From: an uncultured beta proteobacterium
GTDB lineage: Bacteria; Pseudomonadota; Gammaproteobacteria; Burkholderiales; Burkholderiaceae_E
Assembly: GCA_963696745.1 (NCBI GenBank)
Contig: CAVOLL010000002.1
Coordinates: 844,171-908,170 of the forward strand
Direction: 5' to 3'
DNA length: 64,000 bases
This document shows, in pieces, positions 1 through 9,718 of this stretch. The notes under the pieces were generated by a model. It did not search any database and was not told the origin of the DNA. It saw only the letters and a list, made by a program, of their open reading frames with translations. Numbering within the stretch: the stretch's first letter is position 1; each line of letters begins with the position of its first letter. The position numbers and the translations under genes are program-made.

Positions 1-709
1 TGCGACGCCCTCCGACGAGGGTGCCGAGCGCCACCGCTGCGTAGCTCGCCGCGACCACCCAGGTCGGCGGCGCGGCCTGCGCGCTCGCGCTGCCGCCCGC
101 GATCAGCGCGAGCCAGGCGATGCCCACCGTCTTTTGCGCGTTGTTGCTGCCGTGCCCGAGACTGAGCAGCGCCGAAGACAGAAACTGCGCGCGCCGCAGC
201 CAGCGGTCGGCGACGCGAGGCGTCGTGCGCACGAACAGCCACGACGCGGCCACCATCAACAGCGCACCGAGCAGGAACGCGATCATCGGCGCCGCGAGCG
301 CGAGCGCGACGATCTTGACGACGCCGGTGCCGACCAGCCCGTCGGCGCCGGCCTTCGCCGCCATCGCGCCGATCAGCGCGCCCACGAGTGCGTGCGCGGC
401 GCTCGCTGCGACGCGGCGCCGCGCGGCGAGCAGGTGCCAGCCGATCGCGGTGGCGAGCGCGCAACCGAGCACGGTCGTGTCGACCCGCGAAGCGTCGACC
501 AGTCCGGTGGCCATCAGCGTGGCGACCTGCAGGCCGAATACGAAGAATCCGACGCCGCCGAACAGCGCGACCCAGACCACCGCCTGATACGACTTCAGCA
601 CGCCGGTCGAGGCGATCGAAGCGATCGAGTCCGCGGCGTTGAAGTAGGCGTTGACGAATTCGAAGGCGAGCGCCAGGCCGATCAGGATCGCGACGGCGTC
701 GGCGCTCAT
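1..709 (-). CDS. PiT-family (inorganic phosphate transporter-like) membrane protein with degenerate signature motifs; 3' end runs off the window
   Basis: Manual translation from ATG 709: MSADAVAILIGLALAFEFVNAYFNAADSIASIASTGVLKSYQAV...AASAAHALVGALIG...LLSLGHGSNNAQKTVGIAW. Colinear with betaproteobacterial PiT and directly downstream of DUF47. Confidence 0.85.
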   Translation of the reverse strand, partial: MSADAVAILIGLALAFEFVNAYFNAADSIASIASTGVLKSYQAVVWVALFGGVGFFVFGLQVATLMATGLVDASRVDTTVLGCALATAIGWHLLAARRRVAASAAHALVGALIGAMAAKAGADGLVGTGVVKIVALALAAPMIAFLLGALLMVAASWLFVRTTPRVADRWLRRAQFLSSALLSLGHGSNNAQKTVGIAWLALIAGGSASAQAAPPTWVVAASYAAVALGTLVGGRR

Positions 710-713
710 CGCA

Positions 714-1349
714 TCAGGCGTTCTCGAGCACGACGCCCTCGAGCACGTTGGCGACGTCCTCGCACTTGTCCGAAACCTCCTCGAGGAGCTCGTAGATCGC
801 CTTGAGCTTGATCACCTGCCGAACGTCGGTCTCGCTGCGAAACAGCTTGGACATCGCCGCTCGCATCACGCGATCGGCGTCGGACTCCAGCCGGTCGATC
901 TCGGCGCAGACCTTGAGGATCGCCTCGGCGTTGTCCATGTTCGAGAGCATCGCCACCGCGCTCTTGACGCGCTCGCAGCACATCTGGTTGAGATCGGCGA
1001 GCTGCTGCGCCTCGGGCGTGACACGCTGCAGGTCGTAGAGCATCGCCGACTCGGCGACGTCCTGGATCAGATCGAGGATGTCGTCCATCTGCGTGATCAG
1101 CTGGTGGATGCTGTCGCGATCGAAGGGCGTGACAAAGGTCTTGTGAAGAAGCTCGATCGTGTCGTGCGTGACCTTGTCGGCCGCGCGTTCGGCGAGGTCG
1201 ATCGCTTCGATTCCCTTGCGCCGCTGTTCGGTGTCGGCGTAGTGCGCCATCAGGTGCGCGAACTCCTGACTGCCGGCGACGACGAAATCGGCGTGCTGGT
1301 CGAACAGCGCGAAGAACTTGCCCTCGATGGGAAGCAGGCGTCCGAACAT
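714..1349 (-). CDS. DUF47 / PhoU-like PiT accessory protein
   Basis: 211 aa ORF with FVTPFDRDSIHQLITQMDDILD, LESDAD and DKCEDVANVLEGVVLENA; typical partner of pit. Confidence 0.9.
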   Translation of the reverse strand: MFGRLLPIEGKFFALFDQHADFVVAGSQEFAHLMAHYADTEQRRKGIEAIDLAERAADKVTHDTIELLHKTFVTPFDRDSIHQLITQMDDILDLIQDVAESAMLYDLQRVTPEAQQLADLNQMCCERVKSAVAMLSNMDNAEAILKVCAEIDRLESDADRVMRAAMSKLFRSETDVRQVIKLKAIYELLEEVSDKCEDVANVLEGVVLENA

Positions 1350-1373
1350 GCTTTGCTGGGGCGGGAATATAAG

Positions 1374-1464
1374 GGGGTCGGGGTCGGGGTCGGGGTCTGG
1401 TTCCGGGCGACTGTGCGCGGGCCTCGCCCGACGCCCGACTCGAGGCCCGACTCGAAGCCGACCC
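1374..1464. repeat. (GGGGTC)x4 tandem repeat followed by spaced complementary CCCGAC/CCGAC units
   Basis: Seen directly: ggggtcggggtcggggtcggggtc, then cccgac-gcccgac-tcgagg-cccgac-tcgaag-ccgac. Confidence 0.75.
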
Positions 1465-1505
1465 AGCGTAGCAGAAAGCCGCCGGCGCGAGCCCGCGCGC
1501 GACCG

Positions 1506-1946
1506 CTACCCGCGGCGTGCCGCTGCGCGTCGCCGCAGGCACTCGAGATAGGCCTCGGTATCCGGCGCGGCCCGGTCGCGCTGCGACTGCCACAGTACCG
1601 GACCCAGGCACTCCATGACATCGTGCGCCGCGGCGTGCGCGCTTGCCGCGCGTCGTGCGAGAACCGCGTGCGCGGCCCGGATCCCCGGTGGCTGATCCAC
1701 CGACAACTGCTCGGAGATCGCGAGGTGCATCGACAGATGCAGGAACGGGTTCTCGCGCCCGGTGGACGGCCCGTAGTCGGCGGCGAGCGCCTGCTCGAGC
1801 GACGCGAGTTCGGCGTGGTACTCGGGGTGCTCGGCCACCCAGTCGGCTGCGATCGCCTCGAGCGGCTCGAGCGGCTCGCGCGCGCAAAGCTTGCGCCAGG
1901 CCTCGCAGAAGAAGCGGCGCACGTCGGCCTGGGCGGGGTCGAACAT
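1506..1946 (-). CDS. DUF1841 family protein
   Basis: MFDPAQADVRRFFCEAW...EHPEYH...NPFLHLSMHLAISEQLSVDQPPGI. Confidence 0.9.
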   Translation of the reverse strand: MFDPAQADVRRFFCEAWRKLCAREPLEPLEAIAADWVAEHPEYHAELASLEQALAADYGPSTGRENPFLHLSMHLAISEQLSVDQPPGIRAAHAVLARRAASAHAAAHDVMECLGPVLWQSQRDRAAPDTEAYLECLRRRAAARRG

Positions 1947-1959
1947 CGGACGCGCCCGC

Positions 1960-2610
1960 TCAGCCGCGATCCGGCGGCGGCGCGCTCTTGGCGCGGTACT
2001 CGCACTGCTCGGCGATCGGGCAGCGCCAGCACTCGGGCTTGCGTGCCTTGCAGACGTAGCGTCCCAGCAGCAACAGCCAGTGGTGCGCGTCGTGCAGGTA
2101 GGCCTTCGGAACGCAGGCGAGCAGCCGATCCTCGACCGCGCGCGGCGTCTTGCCGGGCGCGATGCGGGTGCGATTGGCGACGCGGAAGATGTGCGTGTCG
2201 ACCGCGATCGTCGGCTCGCCGAAAGCGGTGTTGAGCACGACGTTCGCCGTCTTGCGCCCGACGCCTGGCAGCGCCTCGAGTTCTTCGCGCGAGCGCGGCA
2301 CCTGTCCGCCGTGGTGCTCGATCAGCATCCGGCACGCCTCGACGATGTGCCGCGCCTTCGAGCGAAACAGTCCGATGCTTGCGATGTACGGGATCAGTCC
2401 ATCGACGCCCAGCGCGGCGATGGCCTGGGGCGTTCGCGCGTGGGCGAACAACCCGCGCGTGGCGATGTTGACGCCGCGATCGGTCGCCTGCGCGGACAGG
2501 ATCACCGCGACCAGCAGTTCGAAGGGAGTCGCGAACTCGAGTTCGGTCGTCGGCGCCGGGTCGAGCGCGCGCAGGCGCGCGAAGATCTGCTCGCGTCCGG
2601 ACGCGTTCAC
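1960..2610 (-). CDS. nth: endonuclease III
   Basis: GTG start 2610; LSAQATD, HhH motif [14 protein letters not shown], and the C-terminal 4Fe-4S motif [17 protein letters not shown]. Confidence 0.95.
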   Translation of the reverse strand: MNASGREQIFARLRALDPAPTTELEFATPFELLVAVILSAQATDRGVNIATRGLFAHARTPQAIAALGVDGLIPYIASIGLFRSKARHIVEACRMLIEHHGGQVPRSREELEALPGVGRKTANVVLNTAFGEPTIAVDTHIFRVANRTRIAPGKTPRAVEDRLLACVPKAYLHDAHHWLLLLGRYVCKARKPECWRCPIAEQCEYRAKSAPPPDRG

Positions 2611-3209
2611 CGGCGTTCCCCCGCGCGGTCGCGAAGCTCGCGCGCCCTGCGCACCGCAGCGTCGAGCACCGCGCGCTTGCGCGCGTCGGCGACGGCAGTT
2701 GCGTCGGTAGTTGCGACGGCAGTTGCGTCGCACCGCGCACGGTGCGCTTCGAAGCGCGCGCGCGCGCGCGCCGCGTCGCCGGTGGTCCAGTTCGAAGCGC
2801 CTGGCGCTTCGCCCATCTCGATGCAGTCGACCGGGCAGGGCGGCAGGCACAGGTCGCATCCGGTGCATTGCCCGGCGATCACCGTGTGCATGCGCTTTGC
2901 CGCGCCGATGATCGCGTCGACCGGGCACGCGGCGATGCACTTGGTGCAGCCGATGCACGCCTCCGGATCGATCCGCGCGACGCGCCGCGGCGCTTCGACG
3001 CCGCAGGCCGGATCGAGCGGCAGCGGCGCGCGACCGAGCAGCGCCGAGAGTTGCCCGACGCCCGCGCGTCCGCCCGGCACGCAACGGTTGTGTGCGGCTG
3101 CGCCTCGCGCGATCGCTTCGGCATAGGGGCGACACGCGTCGTAGCCGCACTTCGTGCACTGCGTCTGGGGCAGGACCGCGTCGATGCGGTCGGCGAGCGT
3201 TGGTGTCAT
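2607..3209 (-). CDS. rnfB: RnfB/RsxB-like electron-transport iron-sulfur protein
   Basis: [21 protein letters not shown] plus two CxxCxxCxxxCP motifs; usual position upstream of nth. Confidence 0.9.
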   Translation of the reverse strand: MTPTLADRIDAVLPQTQCTKCGYDACRPYAEAIARGAAAHNRCVPGGRAGVGQLSALLGRAPLPLDPACGVEAPRRVARIDPEACIGCTKCIAACPVDAIIGAAKRMHTVIAGQCTGCDLCLPPCPVDCIEMGEAPGASNWTTGDAARARARFEAHRARCDATAVATTDATAVADARKRAVLDAAVRRARELRDRAGERR

Positions 3210-3343
3210 CGGCTGCGGCAGGGCGGGCGAGTCGAGCGACCCCGAGGCCGCGCGTCGGCCAATCTTAGCGCGTCGCGCCTCGGCCGATCCTGTTGGCGCG
3301 TCGCACGCGGTCCGATCGCCGCGCGTCGCGAGCGCTGCTCGCG

Positions 3344-4629
3344 TCAGGCTGCCTTGCGCGCGCGCCGCCGGCCGATCCGGCGCGAGTGCGCGCGGATGAA
3401 CGCGTGCACCTGCGGATAGATCATCTCGCGCCAGCGCCGACCGCTGAAGATTCCGTAGTGCCCGGTCTCGCGCGCGACCAGGTGCTGGCGGTGCGCGGCG
3501 GGAATGTTCACGCACAGATCGTGCGCGGCCTCGGTCTGCCCGGAGCCCGAGATGTCGTCGAGTTCGCCCTCGATCGTGAACAGCGCGACCCGGGTGATGT
3601 CCTCGGGCGCGACCCGCAGCGTGCGTCCGTCGAGCGGCACCCGCCAGGTGCCCGTTGGGAAGGTCGTGGCGCTGGAACACCGTGCCGATCGTGTCGAGGT
3701 AGTACTCGGCGGGCATGTCGAGAACGGCGTTGTACTCGTCGTAGAAACGGCGGTGGCTCTCGGCGTCGTCGAGGTCGCCGCGCACCAGATCGAGGTAGAA
3801 GTCCCAGTGCGAACTCAGGTGTCGGTCCGGGTTCATCGCCATGAATCCGGCGTGCTGCAGGAAGCCGGGGTAGACGCGTCGCCCCGCGCCGGGGTAGTTC
3901 TCCGGTACGGTGTAGATCACGTTGCGCTCGAACCAGCCGAAGCTGTGGTTCATCGCGAGGTTGTTCACCTCGGTGGGGCTGCGCCGGCGTGTCGATCGGG
4001 CCGCCCATCATCGTCATCGACAGCGGCAGGCGTTCGTCCTCGAGCGTGGACATCAGCGAGATCGCCGCCATCACCGGGACGGTCGGCTGGCAGACCGACA
4101 TCACGTGCAGGTCCGGACCGAGGTGGCGGATGAATTCGACGCAGTAGCCGACGTAGTCGTCGAGATGGAACGGGCCGCTCGCCATCGGCACCATCCGCGC
4201 GTCGATCCAGTCGGTGATGTAGACGTTGTGCTCCGGCAGCATCTTGCGCACCGTGTCGCGCAACAGGGTCGAGTGGTGGCCCGACAGCGGCGCGAACACG
4301 AGCACGGTCGGATCGTCGCGGCGGTGCTCGAGCGCGGCGGGCAGCAGGCGCTCGAACTTCAGCAGCCTGCAGAACGGCTTGGAGATCTCGATGCGCTCGG
4401 CCACAGTGACTTCCTGGCCGTCGACCGTCGTGCTCCCGAGGCTGAACTCGGGTTTTTCGTAGTCCTTGCCGAGACGGTGCAGCAACTCGAAGCCCGCCGC
4501 CATCCGGCTCGCGAACGGCGCCATCGACAGAGGGCTGTACGGGTTGGCGTAGAGCTTGCTCATCGACTCGGCCCAGTCCGTGAGCGGAGTGAGTGCGGCG
4601 CGGTGGACTTCGCGCAACTGGTACAGCAT
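3344..4629 (-). CDS. phaZ: intracellular polyhydroxyalkanoate depolymerase (two apparent frameshifts)
   Basis: [25 protein letters not shown] nucleophile motif, [18 protein letters not shown] and [11 protein letters not shown] spread over three frames. Confidence 0.9.
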
Positions 4630-4667
4630 CGGTTCGAACCCCCTGGTTCAGCTTTCCTGAGCCCTTG

Positions 4668-4696
4668 AGTCTATGCTATTTTGCTGCATTGCACAA
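4668..4696 (-). promoter_or_regulatory. sigma70-type promoter of phaZ overlapped by a PhaR-type box
   Basis: Minus strand TTGTGC-17 bp-TAGACT; TGCATTGCACAA at 4685-4696 fits the TGC-N3-GCA PhaR operator pattern. Confidence 0.6.
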
Positions 4697-4763
4697 TTCT
4701 GCTCTCCGTGCGTCGTTCGGGCATTTCGCACGAAACGCGCCCGGATGGCGACCGCAGCGGTCG

Positions 4764-7700
4764 TCACCGCGTCCGCCGCAAATCGGTGGCCGGCGCGATG
4801 CAGTGGCCGAGCCAGGCGGCGGTGAGGCGTTCCTGCAGAGCGTTTTGCCGCAGTCGCTGGTCGAGCATCGGGAAATCGACCAGGTCGAGCGGCTGGTCCT
4901 GGTTGAAGCAGGAGAATACGTAGCGGGTCTTGCCGGTGGTCGGGTCGGTGTGCGCCTGCAGGCACTGGGCGCAGATCTCTTTCATCATGCACTGCATCGG
5001 CGAGTTGATCGAGCCGATCGCGACGTGCTCGGGGTCGAGCAGCGGCGCGAGTTCGGCGTGGCGCGCGCGGGCAACCGCCGCCATCATCCGGTCCGAGCCG
5101 ATCACGATCATTCGCTCCGCCTCGCGCAGCGCGATGTGCTGCGCGCCCAGCGCGCCGCTGCCGTAGGCGATCATCGCCTGCACGATGTTGCCGACGAAGC
5201 TTCGGTCCTGCGGGCGCCGCGCGGCGAACCCGGGCGCCTCGTCGCAGCACCAGACGATCACGTCGGCGGCCGCCTCGATCTCGTCGACCTTGTAGCGGTC
5301 GATCGCCTTCTTGTAGCCGGCGAAGTACAGCACGCGCGAGCCGTTGGCGCGAAGCGCCGCGCCGATCGAGAACAGCACCGCGTTGCCGAGTCCGCCGCCG
5401 ACCAGGATCGACGTGTCTCGCGTCGTGCGATTTCGGTCGGCGCGCCGGTGGGCCCCATCAGCACCACCGGTTCGCCCGGCGCGAGCAGCGCGCAAAGGTC
5501 GGACGATCCGCCCATCTCGAGCACGATCGTCGACACCAGCCCCTGCTCGCGGTCGACCCAGGCGCCGGTGAGCGCGAGCCCCTCCATCGCGAGGCGCGTG
5601 CGCACGCCGCCGAACTCGACCACCGGCGCGTACGACTCGAAGTTCTGCAGCCGGTAGAACTGCCCGGGGAGGAACTGGCGCGCGGCGAGCGGCGCGCGCA
5701 CCACCACTTCGACGATGGTCGGCGTGAGCCGCTCGACGCGATGCACGGTGGGCCGCAGCAGTTCGTTGAGCCGCGCGGCGAAGTCGACGAAGGTCTCGCC
5801 GTTCGCCGGCGCGCGCCTGGCGAGCACGCGCGAGACCACCGGATAGCCCTGCTTGGCCGAGCCCATCGCCTTGACCACGTTTCCCGACCAGCTCGGGTGC
5901 AGGTCGCCGAAGAACGAGAGCATCCTTCCGTCGGCCACGCGCGAGAGCAGCACCTGCGCGATCTCCGGCTTGCTGGTCGAGAATTCGGGCTTGACCGGGT
6001 TCGCGTCCTCGTCGATCGCCTGGAAGTACTTGCCGTCGAGCGAGAAGTGCAGCGAGTCCTCGCGCGCGAGAACCGTATTCGGTTGGGTGCCGGCGGCGAT
6101 GAACACCGCGCGCGCCGGCCAGGTGATCTCGTCGCCGTCGTGCCAGCGCCCGGTGTCGTCGCGGCGCTGGCGCGCGAGCGTGATCGAGCGCACCGCGCCG
6201 TGCCGGTCGACGTCGATGCGCGATGGGCTCACGCACTCGACGAAGCGGATGCCCTCTTCGAGCGCCTTCTCCACTTCCTCGTGGTTGAGCGTGTACGAGG
6301 GGCTGTCGACCATTCGCTTGCGGTAGGCGAGCGTGACGCCGCCCCAGCCCTGCAGGAGTTCGACGATGCGTGCGGCGTCGCCGTCGCGCGCGGCGCGCTC
6401 GCGCTCGGCGCGGATTGCGCGTGCGTGCGCGATGAACTCGTCGCCGATCTCCGCTTCCTCGGCGCTCCAGCCGGCGCGCACGCGCGCCTCGCCGTCGACC
6501 GCCGCCAGCGCCTCGAAACGCGCCAGGAACTTCTCTACCTGCACCACGTAGTAGGCGAGCGATTCGGTCGCGGTGTCGATCGCGGTGAGTCCGCCACCGA
6601 TCACCACCACCGGCAGGCGCAGCTGCATGTTCGCGATCGAATCGGTCTTCGCCGCGCCGGTCAGTTGCAGCGCCATCAGGAAGTCGCTCGCGGTGCGCAC
6701 GCCGCGCGCCAGTCCGTTGGGGATGTCCAGCGTGGTCGGGCGGCCCGCGCCCATCGCGAGCGCGATGTGGTCGAAACCCAGCGCAAACGCGTCGTCGACG
6801 CCGAGCGTGCCGCCGAAGCGCACGCCGCCGACCATCGCGAACGACTCGCGCCGCTCGAGCAGCATCCTCACCAGCTTGAGGAAGTTCTTGTTCCAGCGCA
6901 CCGTGATCCCGTACTCGGCGACGCCGCCGAAACCGGCCATCATGCGCGACTCGAGCGGCTCGTACAGCTCGGTGATGTCTTCGATCGGATCGAACGCGAC
7001 GCGCGCGCCGTGGCGGTCGACCCCGGAGAGGCGCGGCGCGAGCGGCTCGATCTTCAGCCCGTCGATGCCGACCACCGCGTGGCCGTCGTTCAACAGGTGG
7101 TGCGCCAGCGTGAATCCGGCCGGACCCATGCCGGCGACCAGCACCTTGTAGCCCGACGCGGGGGCCGGCAGCGGGCGGCGCAGGTCGAGCGGGTTCCAGC
7201 GCGTGAGCAGGCTGTAGATCTCGAACCCCCAGGGCAGTTCGAGCACGTCCTTCAAGGTGCGGGTCTCGGCCTGCGGGATGTCGACCGGAGTCTGCTTCTG
7301 GTAGATGCACGACTTCATGCAGTCGTTGCAGATGCGGTGCCCGGTGGCGGCGACCATCGGGTTGTCGATCGTGATCGTCGCGAGTGCCGAGATCGCGTGT
7401 CCTCTGGTCTTCAACCACTGGAACTCGGAGATCCGCTCCTCGAGCGGGCAGCCGGCGAGCTTCACGCCGAACACGGTGCGCTTGAACGCCGCCTTGCCCT
7501 CGGCGTCGGGTTTCTCGGTGAGTCCCTTCGAGCAGGAGTCCTTGCCCTGCTTGTGGCACCAGATGCAGTAGTTCGCTTCGTCGAGTGCTCCGCGCAGGTC
7601 GGTGCCGGGGTCGGTGAGCGCGAAGCCCTCGCGCCGGCGGATGTGCTTCGGGTCGATCGTGAAGCTGCGCACTCCGTCGGCGTCTTCGTGGCGCGCATGC

Positions 7701-8320
7701 ACGAGCAGCGACTGCGGGTCGACCTTGCCGGGTTGGCGGAACAGGACGCCCTTGCCGTGAGCGAACTGCCCTTCGGGCGTGAGCACCGCCCAGGCGCTGT
7801 AGCGCATCGCGAGTTCGACGCGCCCGGCGGCGGCCTCGTCGTCCTGCCAGGCGAGGACCGCGCGCGCGAAAGCCAGTTCCTCGAACGGCTCGCCGATCCA
7901 GGATTGCAGGCGCGCGCGCGCCTCGCCGGCTTCGAACCCGGCGAGATCGCTCTCGCTCACCTTGAGCAGCGCCTGGCGCTTGACGAACTTCCACTTGACC
8001 CGATAGAGCGGCTCGAGCTCGTCGTGGCGAACGCGAAGATCGGCCAGTTCGTCGCCGATCGAAAACAGCTCGGCGACGAACGCGTCGAGCTGCGGCGACA
8101 CTTCGAGCAGCAGCGCCGCTTCTTCCCTGTATTCGGCCGGCGGCGCCGCGCGCGCCGCTGCGTAACGGGTTGCGAGTTCGGGCACCGCGCTGGCGAGCCG
8201 TTGGCCGAATGCGGCGTCGAGCCGCTCGAGCCCTTCGCGCCGGTAGAGGTCGGCGAATTCGAGTCCGAAGCCGAGCCGCAGGCCCGGCGCGTCGGACCGC
8301 GCGCTCGGCGCCGAGGCCAT
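4764..8320 (-). CDS. large FAD/Fe-S oxidoreductase, GltD/NfnB-like domain fused to a PyrK/NfnA-like domain (frameshift near 5420)
   Basis: YCIWCH...[32 protein letters not shown]; C-terminal [32 protein letters not shown]...FSC. Confidence 0.85.
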
Positions 8321-8644
8321 CAGCGCTTCAGGTGCTCGAGCTTGCCGGGCACGTCCTTCCACTCCTCGGCGTCGGGAAGAGGCTCCTTCGTGCGCGTGAT
8401 GCTCGGCCAGACCTTGGCGCAGTTCGGCGTTGAGCGCGATGAACTGCTTCTGCTCTTCGGTGACGTCTTCCTCGGCCTTGATCGCCTCGACCGGGCACTC
8501 GGGGATGCACACGGCGCAGTCGATGCACTCGTCGGGGTCGATGACGAGCATGTTCGGGCCTTCGCGGAAGCAGTCGACCGGGCAGACGTCGACGCAGTCG
8601 GTGTACCTGCACCGGATGCAGGATTCGAGAACGATGTGGGTCAT
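8320..8644 (-). CDS. fdxA: 7Fe (Azotobacter FdI-type) ferredoxin (one frameshift near 8418)
   Basis: [51 protein letters not shown]...[29 protein letters not shown]; its stop overlaps the next ATG (TGATG). Confidence 0.92.
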
Positions 8645-8664
8645 GGCGCGGTCGGGATAATGGA

Positions 8665-8734
8665 TTGACGCGGATTCTACCGTGGAGTAACTTCTTGGAC
8701 AATTATGAAGCGTCCACTTCATTAATGGAAGTGG
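8665..8734. promoter_or_regulatory. overlapping divergent sigma70 promoters and a palindromic operator candidate
   Basis: Plus strand TTGACG(8665)-17-TAACTT(8688); minus strand TTGTCC(8702)-17-TAGAAT(8679); inverted repeat CCACTTC-ATTAATG-GAAGTGG at 8714-8734. Confidence 0.6.
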
Positions 8735-8803
8735 GGGAAATCAAGGGATGGCAGATGGCCGACGCCCAGCGCGGCGCCGTTCGCAGCGGCAGGGGAGGTT
8801 CGG

Positions 8804-9718
8804 GTGCAGTCGGAATCGATCGCGACAGACCGCCTCTGGCGGCGGGCAACGGGGCTGGACGAAGCGCTGCGGTGCCTGCACGAGCGGCGCTGGACCGTGC
8901 TCGCTGGCGGCACCGACCTCTATCCGGCGCACCGAGCGTTCGGCGCTGCCCGCCGCAGTGCTCGACATCAGCGCGATCGGCGCGTTGCGCGGCGTGGCGG
9001 TCGAACCTGCCGGCGCCGAACCCGCGGGCGGGGCGCAGGTGCTGCGAATCGGGGCGCTCGACCACCTGGTCCGAGTTGCTCGGCGCTCGCGCTGCCCGGG
9101 CAGTTCGACGCGCTCGCGATGGCGGCGCGCGAGGTGGGCGGCGTGCAGATCCAGAACCGCGGCACGGTCGGGGGCAATCTGTGCAACGCCTCGCCGGCGG
9201 CCGACGGGACGGCCGGCGCTGCTGGCGCTCGACGCCGAGGTCGAACTCGCGAGCGTCGCGGGCGCGAGGACGATCCCGCTGGCGCAGTTCGTGCGCGGCG
9301 TTCGCCGCACCGACCTGCGCGCACGACGAATTGCTGATCGCGGTGCGCGCTCCGGTGCGTGCACCGCGCACGCGATCGCGCCTTCCTCAAGCTCGGACAC
9401 CGGCGCTACCTGGTGATCTCGATCGCGATGGTCGCGGTCGTCGGTCTCGACTCGACGCGCAGGAGCGCATCTCGCGTGTCGCGGTCGCGGTCGGCGCCTG
9501 CGCGCCGACCGCGGTGCGACTGCGCGACGCTCGAACAGCGCGCTGCTCGGGCTCGCGCGCGGGCGAAATCGGGCCCAGACTCGCGACGGTGGTCGACGAC
9601 GACGCGCTCGCGCCGATCGCGCCGATCGACGACGTGCGGGGCACCGCAGCCTATCGCCGCGAGGCGGTGCGCGGCGCTCGTCGGGCGGCGCACTGTCAGA
9701 AGGTGTTGTTCGCAATGA
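8804..9718 (+). CDS. FAD-binding subunit of a xanthine-dehydrogenase-family Mo hydroxylase (nicotinate dehydrogenase NdhF-like; frameshifted)
   Basis: GGGGAGG SD before GTG; LAGGTDL, QIQNRGTVGGNLCNASPAAD, AFLKLG.RRYLVISI, PIDDVRGTAAYR. Confidence 0.8.

Noticed and set aside
5258-8722. 1154-aa ORF suggesting a ferredoxin-oxidoreductase fusion
   Set aside because: An extra base near 8418 creates the read-through; the true ferredoxin C-terminus (…GKLEHLKR*) is in another frame and ends at a TGATG junction.
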